This document shows positions 1 to 9,305 of a stretch of DNA of 64,000 nucleotides, piece after piece. Made by a program: the position numbers and the translations under genes. How positions within the stretch are numbered: position 1 is the stretch's first letter; each line of letters starts with the position of its first letter. Source of the stretch: a virus. The stretch spans positions 1 to 64,000 of IMG/VR virus record IMGVR_UViG_3300044998_001035. One strand, written 5' to 3'. The notes under the pieces are model-generated. The model was not told where the DNA came from. It did not search any database and worked only from the letters and a program-made list of their open reading frames with translations.

Positions 1-636
1 GGCGGGCTCGACGCCGGGGCCGTGGCCGACGCGGTCTGGGACGCGACGCGGGCCGACCACGGCGACGCGGGGACGTTCGGGGAGGTCTTGCAGGGCTTCG
101 ACGGCACGGCGGACGGTGCGACCGAGGACACGATCGACCTGGGCGCCAACGCCCCGGTCGCGGACGTCACCGGGCAGGGCGTCCGGATCGTCGCCGGGGC
201 GGGCGCCGGGCAGGCGAGGCGGATCGTCGCCTACGCCGACGGGGTGGCGACCGTCTCGCCCGCGTGGGACGACGAGCCAGACGACACGTCCAGGTGGGTG
301 CTGACGGGCATCGTCCCCGGCGGGCTCGACGCCGGGGCCGTGGCCGACGCGGTCTGGGACGCGACGCGGGCCGACCACGGCGACGCGGGGACGTTCGGGG
401 AGGTCTTGCAGGGCTTCGACGGCACGGCGGACGGTGCGACCGAGGACACGATCGACCTGGGCGCCAACGCCCCGGTCGCGGACGTCACCGGGCAGGGCGT
501 CCGGATCGTCGCCGGGGCGGGCGCCGGGCAGGCGAGGCGGATCGTCGCCTACGCCGACGGGGTGGCGACCGTCTCGCCCGCGTGGGACGACGAGCCAGAC
601 GACACGTCCAGGTGGGTGCTGACGGGCATCGTCCCC
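1..636 (+). repeat. 318-bp tandem repeat, two copies (1-318, 319-636)
   Basis: GGCGGGCTCGACGCC starts at 1 and at 319. Translations are identical in two frames (ORFs 116-304 and 434-622 are the same). Confidence 0.95.
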
Positions 637-990
637 GGCGGGCCGGTGGACCTTGCGGACGATGCGATCACGCCCGCGAAGCTGGCGGACGGGGCCATCA
701 CGGAGGCCAAGATCGCGGACGGGGCCATCACCGGGCCCAAGATCGCGGACGGGGCGTTCACGTCGGCCAAGGTGGGTCTCGGGACGGTCAATGCCGCGGC
801 GACGGGGTTCCTGGAGCGGCTGCGGAAGCTGATGGACGCGCTCGTGCCGGTCGGGCTCGGGGGCGTGACGCAGCCCCGGAGCGGGGCCGGGTCGCGGGTG
901 GTGAAGAACCCGGACGGGACGACCCAGGCGACGTACCCGGTGGACACGGAGGCGGCCGGTGGCACTCAGACGCTCGGCCCGGGGGCCTGA
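1..990 (+). CDS. Repeat-rich virion protein (fibre/decoration-like), 5'-truncated by the window edge
   Basis: Frame is open from base 1. Two identical 106-aa repeats are followed by (ITxxKIADGA)-type decapeptide repeats. Lies upstream of the head-tail/tail genes. Confidence 0.6.
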   Translation, partial: GGLDAGAVADAVWDATRADHGDAGTFGEVLQGFDGTADGATEDTIDLGANAPVADVTGQGVRIVAGAGAGQARRIVAYADGVATVSPAWDDEPDDTSRWVLTGIVPGGLDAGAVADAVWDATRADHGDAGTFGEVLQGFDGTADGATEDTIDLGANAPVADVTGQGVRIVAGAGAGQARRIVAYADGVATVSPAWDDEPDDTSRWVLTGIVPGGPVDLADDAITPAKLADGAITEAKIADGAITGPKIADGAFTSAKVGLGTVNAAATGFLERLRKLMDALVPVGLGGVTQPRSGAGSRVVKNPDGTTQATYPVDTEAAGGTQTLGPGA

Positions 991-993
991 CCG

Positions 994-1473
994 ATGGGCA
1001 CGCTCGACGGGTTCAGCGTCCTCTCGCTCTGGCCGCCGTTCGGCCCGTCGCCGGGCGTCGGCGACGCGCCGCTCCCGCCCTACGCGGAGCACCCGTGGCT
1101 CGTCCTGGGCTACAACGCCACGGTCCGTGTGGAGTACGACGCCAACGCCGACGGGGCCGCGACGACCGATCACGGCGGGATCGCGCCGGTCTGGCTCCCG
1201 CTCCCCGGCCACGGGGCGCTGCGCTGCGCGGTGGCGCGCCGGCCCGGCGGGGACCTCGTGCGCGTCCCGTCCGAGCCCGCCCACGAGCCGGGCTGGACGG
1301 CGATCTTCGGCCGGCCGGTCGCGCTCGACCTGAGGCACCGTCTCGTCGTCCTGGACGAGCACCGCGGCGGCAAGCCGCGACACCTCTACGTCGCGCGGCC
1401 GTCGGAGGATATCTTCTCCGACGGGGCGGCGTGGTCCGTGATGCTCCGCGAATACTACGACCCGAGGGGCTGA
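994..1473 (+). CDS. Putative head-closure/adaptor protein
   Basis: Size, beta-rich C-terminus and position before the tail terminator and tail tube. Synteny only. Confidence 0.4.
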   Translation: MGTLDGFSVLSLWPPFGPSPGVGDAPLPPYAEHPWLVLGYNATVRVEYDANADGAATTDHGGIAPVWLPLPGHGALRCAVARRPGGDLVRVPSEPAHEPGWTAIFGRPVALDLRHRLVVLDEHRGGKPRHLYVARPSEDIFSDGAAWSVMLREYYDPRG

Positions 1474-1477
1474 GCCC

Positions 1478-2161
1478 GTGCCCGCCTACGTGCTCCTGAA
1501 GACGGCCGGGTTCGGGCCCGACAACGCCGGGCTGACGACGGTCGGGTACGCCGTGGGCGGCGGGCCCCGGACGACGGTCGGCGTCGAGGACGTCGGCGGC
1601 GGCCATTACGCGGCCCTGGTCCGGTTCGAGGCGGCGTCGGCGCTGGCCTGGGACACGGGCGGCGACGACCCGGCGACGGTGCTGGACGCGCTCGACCCCG
1701 GCGACGTGACGCCGGGCGTGCCCGACTTCGGGGGGGCCCTCGCGGGCCTGTTCGCGCGGTCGGTCGCGGTCCGGGACGCGCTGCCGGGCGGGGTCCGCAA
1801 CCGGCAGGTGCCGCCGTCGCCGTCATACCCGTGCGCGACGTTCGCGGCGTCGGAGCCCCAGGACGGGGAGAGCCGCGACGACCTGCGATGCGACGTGGTC
1901 CTGTCGTGCCTGGCCGGCACGGACGCGGAGGCGGGCCGGGCGGGGGCGGCGGCGGGGGACTACCTGCTGCGGGCGTCGTCCCGCGTCCAGCTCGCGTTCT
2001 GGCGGTCGGGCGCGTGCTGGCTCGAGTCGGGCGTGCGGGCCGTCGGCCAGCCGTCCGTGCGGCCGTCCTACGCGGCGCCGGACGCGCGCGACCTGTGGCG
2101 GCACGAGCGGCGCTACGAGTTCCGGTTCGCCGCCCTGCCCGGCGGGCCGGCCCCCTGGTAG
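1478..2161 (+). CDS. Putative tail terminator/completion protein
   Basis: PSPSYPCATF...DVVLSCLAGTDAEAGRAG pattern in the C-terminal half; synteny. Confidence 0.45.
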   Translation: MPAYVLLKTAGFGPDNAGLTTVGYAVGGGPRTTVGVEDVGGGHYAALVRFEAASALAWDTGGDDPATVLDALDPGDVTPGVPDFGGALAGLFARSVAVRDALPGGVRNRQVPPSPSYPCATFAASEPQDGESRDDLRCDVVLSCLAGTDAEAGRAGAAAGDYLLRASSRVQLAFWRSGACWLESGVRAVGQPSVRPSYAAPDARDLWRHERRYEFRFAALPGGPAPW

Positions 2162-2180
2162 GCTAGGCGCGGGGGCGGTC

Positions 2181-2768
2181 GTGGCCATCAAGTATCGCGT
2201 GTATGCGAACGATTATGCGGGCGGGCCGGTGGACTACTCGACGCCGGTCGCGACGGTCACGGGGACGACCTGGACGCCCGACCCGATCCCGACCGGCTCC
2301 GACGTGACGTTCGCGGTCCGGGCGTTCGACGACGTCACGGGGCTGGAGGAGCGGAACGTCTCCGCCCGGCTGCGGCTGGCCACGGGCCCGGCGGGGGAGG
2401 ACCTGACGGGCCTCCCCCCCGCGCCGCCGTTCGCCTGGGCGGCGCCGCACGGGGCCGGGGGCGTGTCCGTGACCTGGGGCCAGCCCGTCGCCGGCCCGCG
2501 CCCGGCCTCGTACCGGGTCTACGGCGGGACGCCGGACGTCGACTACGGGGCCCCGCTGGCGACCGTCGCGCACCGCGAGGGCCTGCCCGTGCGGCGGGCC
2601 GTCGTCGCGGGCCTGACGCCCGGGGAGCCGTACCGCTTCGCGGTCCGGTCCGTCAACGCGGCGGGCGAGTCGCCGTCGTCCCCGGGATGCGCCGCGACCC
2701 CCGTCGGGTCCGGCCCCGAGGCCCCCGTCGCCCTGTCCGGCGCCGCCGGCTGGGCCGACCCCGCGTGA
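2181..2768 (+). CDS. Fibronectin type III domain virion protein
   Basis: VSVTW...YRVY...VAGLTPGEPYRFAVRSVNAAGES is a classic Fn3 signature. Confidence 0.8.
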   Translation: MAIKYRVYANDYAGGPVDYSTPVATVTGTTWTPDPIPTGSDVTFAVRAFDDVTGLEERNVSARLRLATGPAGEDLTGLPPAPPFAWAAPHGAGGVSVTWGQPVAGPRPASYRVYGGTPDVDYGAPLATVAHREGLPVRRAVVAGLTPGEPYRFAVRSVNAAGESPSSPGCAATPVGSGPEAPVALSGAAGWADPA

Positions 2769-2825
2769 GGCCGACGGGCTACCACGCGCCACCACCACCA
2801 GACCAGCACCGACGGGAGGCTTGCC

Positions 2826-3257
2826 GTGGCGTCGACGAAGAGATACCGGAACTTTGCGAACGTGTCGTTCAACTCCACGACGTTCGCGGGGGTCAAGGAC
2901 GTCGCGTTCGATCGTGGGATTCAGCAGATCCGCGACTCGGCCGACGCGGACGCGTACATCACGCACTCCGTCGTCGGGGTCCAGGACCCGTCGTTCCGTG
3001 TCACGACCACGGAGGCGTCGGCGCTGCTGGCGACCGCCGCCGGGACGCGTGGGGTGTTCACGTTCACGTGGCTGGAGAGCTACAGCCAGGTCGCGTCGGC
3101 GTCCTCGGGGTCGCTGACGTTCACGACGAACAGCCTGACGATGCTCGCGGCGCACTCCCTCCAGGGGGCCCACCAGCAGCTCGGGACGGCGCAGTTCACG
3201 TTCGCGACGTGCTCCGTGGACGGCACGACGAACCCCGTGACCGTGACCACGCTCTGA
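2826..3257 (+). CDS. Putative major tail tube protein
   Basis: 143 aa, Thr/Ser-rich and beta-rich, upstream of the chaperones and tape measure. Confidence 0.6.
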   Translation: MASTKRYRNFANVSFNSTTFAGVKDVAFDRGIQQIRDSADADAYITHSVVGVQDPSFRVTTTEASALLATAAGTRGVFTFTWLESYSQVASASSGSLTFTTNSLTMLAAHSLQGAHQQLGTAQFTFATCSVDGTTNPVTVTTL

Positions 3258-3276
3258 CCCGAACCAGGAGGCACCC

Positions 3277-3873
3277 GTGCCGATCCCAGACCGCAAGCCG
3301 GACGCGATCCTGAGCCCCGGCCCCCCGAACCTCGACAGGTGGTCCAAGCACCCGTGGTTCCGGGACCACCTGTACGGCCTGCTCTCGGCCCCGCCCGGCG
3401 TCCGGGTCGGGGCGAAGGAGCAGGGGCAGATGAGCCTGATCGCCCCCGTCGAGGCGACGCTGCTGTACCCGACGCTCCACCCTCTCGCGGGGCGGGAGCG
3501 TTACGACTGGTACGTGGTGGCCGAGGACACGCGGCTCAACTGGCTCGTCCCGCCCGTGCCCGTGGAGACCTGGTCCGCGATGCCGACCTCGGTCAAGTTC
3601 GGCTACCTCAGGGACGAGGCCGCGGTCGACCCGATGGGCGCGGACGAGCGGGCCGAGTTCGCGGCGTTCGTGGCGCGGCGCAACGCGCTCTACGCGGAGC
3701 TGGCGGCGCGGCGGGACGCGCTCGCGGCGGACCTCGACAGGACGGATGAGGAGCAGGCGGAGATGGAGGCGTGCGAGAGGAAGATGCTCGACCTCGCCGA
3801 CCTGAGCTTCGGCCGCGCCGCGACGGCCGGCGGGCTCGGCGTCGGCCCGGTGCCGAAGTGGCTGGGAGGCTGA
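3277..3873 (+). CDS. Hypothetical tail-module protein
   Basis: GGAGG RBS; colinear ORF. Confidence 0.6.
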   Translation: MPIPDRKPDAILSPGPPNLDRWSKHPWFRDHLYGLLSAPPGVRVGAKEQGQMSLIAPVEATLLYPTLHPLAGRERYDWYVVAEDTRLNWLVPPVPVETWSAMPTSVKFGYLRDEAAVDPMGADERAEFAAFVARRNALYAELAARRDALAADLDRTDEEQAEMEACERKMLDLADLSFGRAATAGGLGVGPVPKWLGG

Positions 3874-3874
3874 C

Positions 3875-4297
3875 TTGTCGGGAGACCTGGACGAGGTGGC
3901 GAGGCGGCGGCCGGACTTCGCGGGCGGCGTGCCCGTCAGGATGGCCGACGGCCGGGAGTGGACGCTGGCGAAGCCGCTGGTCACGTTCGGCTACTCGTCG
4001 GGCGAGATGGGCTTCGACGTGTTCCTGGAGGCGCCCGGCGCCGACGGCTACGCGGAGGCGATCCGCGAGCTGGAGGAGGCGGGCGAGGCCGGCGACATGG
4101 CCCGCGTGGTCCGCGCCCATCTGGCGCTCGGGGCGGCGCTGCTGCGGCGGAACTACACGCTCTCGGACCACGAGGTCGGGGCGCTGCTGCGGTTCGCGTA
4201 CGACCCGGGGCACGCCGAGGCGTACGCGAGGAAGGACGCGGTCGTGGCCGTCGCCCGGGGCGAGGCCCCAAAACCGCCGGCCGCCACCTCCGGCTGA
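3875..4297 (+). CDS. Tail assembly chaperone (gpG-like); -1 frameshift product extends to 4470
   Basis: In-frame slippery C CCA AAA at 4267-4273. The -1 frame is open to 4470, just before the tape measure gene. Confidence 0.8.
   Translation: MSGDLDEVARRRPDFAGGVPVRMADGREWTLAKPLVTFGYSSGEMGFDVFLEAPGADGYAEAIRELEEAGEAGDMARVVRAHLALGAALLRRNYTLSDHEVGALLRFAYDPGHAEAYARKDAVVAVARGEAPKPPAATSG
4267..4273 (+). other. Programmed -1 ribosomal frameshift site (CCCAAAA)
   Basis: X XXY YYZ heptamer in the correct phase (gcc cca aaa). The shift gives PKTAGRHLRLTLLL...MEALL*. Confidence 0.8.
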
Positions 4298-4476
4298 CGC
4301 TGCTCCTGAACGGGGTGATGGCGCCGGGGCCTGGCGGCCCGCTGCTGCTGGAGGACGCGCTGGACTTGTGGGCGTGGCTCGGCGCGCTGCGCCGCACGAT
4401 GCCGCCGGCGCGCTGGGTGGAGGAGTGGGCGAGCGAGGCGTCCTACCGATCGATGGAGGCGCTGCTCTAGCCGGGG

Positions 4477-6303
4477 GTGGCCGTGCCCGAGACCTACGAG
4501 ATCCCCGTACGCCTGGACCTGAGCGGCGCGAGGAAGGACGCGGCGGCGCTCGACCGCATCCTGGCGGGCGTCGAGGACAGGCAGGAGCAGGCGGCGCGTC
4601 GCAAGGAGCAGGCGTCGGCCCGCGCGGCGGAGCGGCAGGTCCAGGCGGCGGAGCGGGCCGCCGCGCGCGAGGCGGCGGCCGAGGCCCGCAAGCAGGCGCA
4701 ACTGGAGCGCGTGCAGGACGAGTTCCTCAGGAGGGACTACAGGCGCCGCGTCAATTACGAGGCGATGCTGGAGCGGGAGGCGCAGCGGGCCCGCTCCGCC
4801 GCCGCGTCGGGGATGGCCGCCGGGGCGCGCGAGGCGGGGCTGTTCGAGCGCGCGGCGCTGGGCGTGGCGACGCGGCTGGCCGGCGTCGCGACGGCCGGGC
4901 TGGCGCTCCACCAGGGCGTCGGCTACCTCCGCGACATGCGCGAGGAGGCGGCCCGGATGGCCCGCGACCTGATCGGGGCGAAGGACGCCCTGAGGTCGCT
5001 GGCGGGGGTGATGGACGAGCGGCCGACGACCGAGTTCGTGCTGGAGAACGCGCTGTTCGCGGCCGAGGCGGGGATGCGGCCGGGCGAGGCGAAGGACTTC
5101 CGCGAGCAGTTCCGCGGCCGCGCCCAGATCGTCGCGGGGAACACGATCTCGCAGGAGGGCTTCGCCCGGTTCGAGCAGCTCGCCGCCGGGATGGCGGCGG
5201 CGAAGGGAATCCCCGCGGAGATGGCCGGCGACCTGTTCGGCGGCATCCTGAAGGCGGAGAATTTCGCGAACAAGGGGCTCGCCGGCCCCGAGGAGGAGGC
5301 GGCTGCGGCCGGGGCCAGCGCGGCGAAGCTGTTCCGTATCCTCGACGCGAGCAGCGCCCCGATGCCGATCGCGACGCACCAGGCGTCGCAACTGATGGCG
5401 TTCGTCAGCGAGAACAACCTGGAATCGACCCTGCGCAGTTCGGCCGACGTGGCGGTCCTGATCGGGGCCATGTCCGAGTTAAACCCGGGCGAGGCGTTCA
5501 CGATGGCCTCGCGGGGCATCCAGGGGCTGACGGACTTCCGGGACGAGGACAAGGCCGGGTTCTTCTCCCGGACGGGAATCAAGCCCGGGATGGACGCGAT
5601 CGAGATGTTCAGGCGGTCGAACAGGTTCATCGCCGACGAGGTGGCGAAGGGGAAGACGGTCGACCAGGCGATCGCCGACGCCGGGTTCAAGGACATAAGG
5701 GAGCTTCGGGCGATGGCCGGCGCCTACCTGTCGCGGGACAAGGTGTTCGAGCCGTTCGCGAGGATGGCCGAGGAGCCCGGCGACATGGCGGCGGCCGGGG
5801 CGCTCGTCTCGGAGCACCTGGCGTCGCCGCAGGGCGTCATGGCGGCGGGGGAGGCGACGCTGGAGGCGCAGCGGGCCCGCCAGGGGATGCGCACGGAGGC
5901 GTTCGAGGCCCGCATCCCCGGGGCTCAGGCGCGCGTGCTGGCGCGGCACGGGACCGCGAGGCCGTGGTGGGCGACCGTCGCGACCGGGTTCGGCCTGCTG
6001 GGCGACCCGGAGCGGCTGGCGGCGGAGACCCAACTGGCCGAGGACGCCGGGGTCAGGGGGGCGCAGAAGATCGCCGGGCCCGTCGCCGGCATGCTGATGG
6101 ACGTGTGGGGGTGGGCGAGCGGCGGCGTCGCGGAGCGGGCGAACGCGGCGTTCGGGGGCTCGGACGCCGTCGAGTCGGCCACGGCCGAGCGGCTGGTCCG
6201 GGCGCTGGATCGGAACGCGACCGCGCTGGAGCGGAGGCAGGGCCCGGCCCCGCCGCCGCCGCCCCTGGCGCGCCGGCCGGCGAACCAGGGCGGGGCGCCG
6301 TGA
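4477..6303 (+). CDS. Tape measure protein
   Basis: 608 aa, Ala-rich helical/coiled-coil protein after the frameshifted chaperone. Confidence 0.75.
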   Translation: MAVPETYEIPVRLDLSGARKDAAALDRILAGVEDRQEQAARRKEQASARAAERQVQAAERAAAREAAAEARKQAQLERVQDEFLRRDYRRRVNYEAMLEREAQRARSAAASGMAAGAREAGLFERAALGVATRLAGVATAGLALHQGVGYLRDMREEAARMARDLIGAKDALRSLAGVMDERPTTEFVLENALFAAEAGMRPGEAKDFREQFRGRAQIVAGNTISQEGFARFEQLAAGMAAAKGIPAEMAGDLFGGILKAENFANKGLAGPEEEAAAAGASAAKLFRILDASSAPMPIATHQASQLMAFVSENNLESTLRSSADVAVLIGAMSELNPGEAFTMASRGIQGLTDFRDEDKAGFFSRTGIKPGMDAIEMFRRSNRFIADEVAKGKTVDQAIADAGFKDIRELRAMAGAYLSRDKVFEPFARMAEEPGDMAAAGALVSEHLASPQGVMAAGEATLEAQRARQGMRTEAFEARIPGAQARVLARHGTARPWWATVATGFGLLGDPERLAAETQLAEDAGVRGAQKIAGPVAGMLMDVWGWASGGVAERANAAFGGSDAVESATAERLVRALDRNATALERRQGPAPPPPPLARRPANQGGAP

Positions 6304-6309
6304 GCCGGC

Positions 6310-6693
6310 CTACCTGGGGGGCGCCGCGTCGTCGCCGGACAGGGGGAAGTCGATGGCCCGCGAGGGCCGGCCGGGGACGTGGAACCGGGCTAGCATCCGG
6401 TGCGGCTGCCCGGCGTTGACCCGTTCGAGCCACGCGGCGACCCGGACCAGGTCCGCGTCCCCGGAACCTTCGCGCATCGTGACGTCCACGACCATCCCGC
6501 GCGCGTCGCGGGTGGCCACCAGTTCGGCGACCGGGCCGGGCGCCCGCGCACGCCCCCGGGTGTACGCCAGCGCCGCCGCCGTCGCGACGACGGCGGCGGC
6601 CAGCAGGAGGCCGGGCAGGACCCCGGGCGTCCCCCCCGCCGGCCCCGCGACCCTGAGCCCGAACCCCGCCCGCGTCGTCGCCCCGGTGCCCAC
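6310..6693 (-). CDS. Small membrane-anchored protein (moron-like, antisense to the tail operon)
   Basis: Hydrophobic stretch LLLAAAVVATAAALAY; AT-rich upstream region at 6715-6780. Confidence 0.5.
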   Translation of the reverse strand: MGTGATTRAGFGLRVAGPAGGTPGVLPGLLLAAAVVATAAALAYTRGRARAPGPVAELVATRDARGMVVDVTMREGSGDADLVRVAAWLERVNAGQPHRMLARFHVPGRPSRAIDFPLSGDDAAPPR

Positions 6694-6793
6694 GGCAAGC
6701 CCTCCGGATGGGTGATGGAGACCGTGGTATTATCCACCCGGTGGCCCGGCCCGGGTATTCTGTATAAATGTATACCAATGGGAGGGCGGGGCG

Positions 6794-7300
6794 ATGGCGG
6801 GCCGGGCTGCGGTGATCGCGGCGCTGGGGCGCGACGTGGACTCGCTGTCGTTCCGCGGGCGGGGGCCGCGCGGGATGCTCGGGGAGGACGTGGCGGACAT
6901 GGTGGCCGAGATCGTGATGGACCGCACGGTCAACCGCCAGGCCCAGCCCGACGGCTCCCCGCTGGCCCCCCTGAGGCCGGCGACAGTCGAGCGCAAGCGG
7001 CGGCTCGGCTACCCCGACACGATCCTGGTCGAGACGGGGAGGATGCTGGCGCAGGCGCAGCTCCAGGGGGACGCGGACCTGAGCGACCCGCACGAGATGC
7101 GGGTGGTGTACGGGCTGGACGACGAGGCGAGGCAGAAGGCGGAGTGGGCGCACGAGGGGGCGCCGAACCGGGCGAGGCGGCCGTTCTACGAGATCGGGAC
7201 GGACCCCGCGGACCTGGCGGCGCTGGACGGTGTGGTCGCGGAGGGCCTGGACGCCCAGGCCCGCGAGCGCTGGGGCAAGGGGCCGGGGGGGGCGAGCTGA
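6794..7300 (+). CDS. Phage virion morphogenesis protein (Mu gpG / P2 gpS-like)
   Basis: PDGSPLAPLRPATVERKRR...ILVETGRM...RRPF family motif. Confidence 0.75.
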   Translation: MAGRAAVIAALGRDVDSLSFRGRGPRGMLGEDVADMVAEIVMDRTVNRQAQPDGSPLAPLRPATVERKRRLGYPDTILVETGRMLAQAQLQGDADLSDPHEMRVVYGLDDEARQKAEWAHEGAPNRARRPFYEIGTDPADLAALDGVVAEGLDAQARERWGKGPGGAS

Positions 7301-7301
7301 C

Positions 7302-7685
7302 ATGCCGGTCCCGACGTTCAACGGGGTGGCGATCTTCGGGGCCGCCTGGAAGCTCCGGGCGGGGCAGATCAACCCGGTCGCCTCGCAGGTCAACGCCTAC
7401 CCGGCCCTGGACGGGCTGGAGTCGCTGAAGCAGGGCAAGCGGGGCGGCCGGGCGCTGGCGACGGGGCGGCTCGGGGGCTACGGGGCCGCCGGGCTCAACG
7501 CCGCCCAGAACCTGTTCCGGTCGTACCACGATGGGTTTGCTTATATCTTGATCGACCAGTTCGGGAACGCCTGGCCGTTCACCAAGCTGGAGTCGTTCGA
7601 GGCGACGGGGCCGATCACCACGGACCCCGCGACGGGCTGGCTCTGGCAGCCGTACCAGGCGACGTTCGTCCACCTGCTGGTCTGA
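7302..7685 (+). CDS. Putative distal-tail/baseplate protein
   Basis: ATG 1 nt after the upstream stop; position after the tape measure. Confidence 0.5.
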   Translation: MPVPTFNGVAIFGAAWKLRAGQINPVASQVNAYPALDGLESLKQGKRGGRALATGRLGGYGAAGLNAAQNLFRSYHDGFAYILIDQFGNAWPFTKLESFEATGPITTDPATGWLWQPYQATFVHLLV

Positions 7686-7716
7686 GCCGGCGGGGCGGGT
7701 GAGGGGGAGGTGCCGG

Positions 7717-8433
7717 ATGCCGCACGAGACGGACCCGATCGCGCCGCCGTCGCAGGAGGGGATCGGGGAGGTCCGCGTCCGCCAGTCGGGCGGGGACGTG
7801 GTGGTGGAGTGGGATCACGAGGGGGGCGGCGAGCCGCACTTCCAGGTCTATCTGGACGGGCGGCTCGCGTGGTCGGGGGCGTCGCGGACCTGCACGCTGC
7901 CGGCCCCGGCGACGCCGCGCCGGGCCGCCCTGGACGTGCTGGCGGTGGACCCGCGCGAGGCGTGGGCGGACCGCTCCGCGGCGCTGCCGGGGCGTTCGGA
8001 CCGGGCGCACCTGACGTGGTCGGGCTCCGAGGGGGCGGCGCGTTACGCCGTGTACATGGGCGCCGCGCCCGGGTCGGGCTCGGTCTCGTACGCGGCCCCG
8101 GTGGCGACGCTGCCGGCGGCCCCGCTGGGCCGGGCGCCCGGCGGCTGGGGCGTCGGCGGGTTCGGGCGCGGCGGGTTCGGGGTCGGGGCGGCGGACTACT
8201 CGTGGACGAGCCCGCCGCTGGCGGGCGGGTCGTGGTCGTTCGGGGTGGCGGCGGTGGACGCGGCGGGGGTGGCGGGGGCGCCGGCCGAGGTGACGGTCGC
8301 GGTCGAGGCGCCGCCGCAGGCGCCGCCGCCGGTCGCGTCGCCGTCGTCGCCCCACTTCGGCCGCCGGCTCCGCGGCGCGTACACCCCGGGGACGCGCGTC
8401 CTGGTCCTGTCGTGGGAGGCGTCGCCGGCCTGA
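7717..8433 (+). CDS. Fn3/Ig-like tail protein
   Basis: LTWSGSEGAARYAVY...SWSFGVAAVDAAG; resembles 2181-2768. Confidence 0.6.
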   Translation: MPHETDPIAPPSQEGIGEVRVRQSGGDVVVEWDHEGGGEPHFQVYLDGRLAWSGASRTCTLPAPATPRRAALDVLAVDPREAWADRSAALPGRSDRAHLTWSGSEGAARYAVYMGAAPGSGSVSYAAPVATLPAAPLGRAPGGWGVGGFGRGGFGVGAADYSWTSPPLAGGSWSFGVAAVDAAGVAGAPAEVTVAVEAPPQAPPPVASPSSPHFGRRLRGAYTPGTRVLVLSWEASPA

Positions 8434-8492
8434 CGCCGGGGCCGTGCATCCGTGTTTCCGGGCAGGGTTCTGGGTCCGGGGGGGGGTCGGGC

Positions 8493-9200
8493 GTGGCCGT
8501 ACAGAGGACGACGAGGGCGGGCCTGACGTACCCGGGGGCGGTCGGGGACCGGGACTGGCACCAGCCGCTGATCGCGCAGGCGTTGCGCCTGGACGCCCTG
8601 GGGCCGGTCGGGGCGGGCTGCGTCAGCCCGGCGGCGGTCGGTGCCGGGCCGGGGTTCGCCCCCTCGGGGCTGGCGGTCCGGGTCGCGGCCTGCGTCGTCC
8701 GGGACGCGGCGGGGAACCTGGCGTCCTGCGCCGGGTCGTCGTCGTACGGCGTGACGCCGTCGGCGACGACGCGGGTCTGGGCCGGGCCGGACGGGGCGCT
8801 GGGGTCCGGGGCCGACTGGCCGTCGTCGCCGCACGCGCGGCTCGCCAGCGTGACGGCCGACGCCGACGACGTGACCGCGATCGTCGACGAGCGGGGCGCG
8901 CTGGGGCTCTCTGGGCCGGCCGTCGCGGCCCTGGCGGCGGACGCGACCCTCGCGGCGTGGCACGGGCTGGTGACGGTCGACGCGACGGCCGCCCCGGTGA
9001 CGCTGACGCTGCCGCCGGCCGGGGACGCGCCGGGTCAGGTGGTCAGGGTCAAGAAGATCGACGCGTCGGCGAACGCCGTCACGATCGAGCCGGACGGGGC
9101 GGAGGAGATCGACGGGGACGCGGATCGCGAGCTGGCGGCGCAGTGGGACGGCTTGACGCTCGTCTCGGACGGGACGCGCTGGCTCGCCTTCGGGGCCTGA
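8493..9200 (+). CDS. Tail fibre/baseplate-associated protein
   Basis: C-terminal VDATAAPVTLTLPPA...VKKIDASANAVTI...LTLVSDGTRW module seen in tail fibres. GTG start inferred. Confidence 0.6.
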   Translation: MAVQRTTRAGLTYPGAVGDRDWHQPLIAQALRLDALGPVGAGCVSPAAVGAGPGFAPSGLAVRVAACVVRDAAGNLASCAGSSSYGVTPSATTRVWAGPDGALGSGADWPSSPHARLASVTADADDVTAIVDERGALGLSGPAVAALAADATLAAWHGLVTVDATAAPVTLTLPPAGDAPGQVVRVKKIDASANAVTIEPDGAEEIDGDADRELAAQWDGLTLVSDGTRWLAFGA

Positions 9201-9236
9201 GCCCCGCGGGGATGCGAGAGGTTTGCGGCACATCGA

Positions 9237-9281
9237 GCCCCCGCCCGACGGCGAACCGTCGGGCGGGGGCGTTTCGCGTTT
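9237..9281 (+). terminator. Intrinsic terminator between convergent genes
   Basis: 15-bp perfect stem GCCCCCGCCCGACGG-cgaa-CCGTCGGGCGGGGGC followed by GTTTCGCGTTT. Confidence 0.7.
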
Positions 9282-9305
9282 CGAAGGGGCGCCGTCGCGC
9301 CCCCG

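Noticed and set aside
1-636. Diversity-generating retroelement template/variable repeat pair
   Set aside because: The copies show no adenine-specific differences, and no reverse transcriptase is in the window.
6760-6775. LexA SOS box (CTGTATAAATGTATAC)
   Set aside because: The right half is ATAC rather than ACAG, and the gammaproteobacterial box is not expected in the inferred host.
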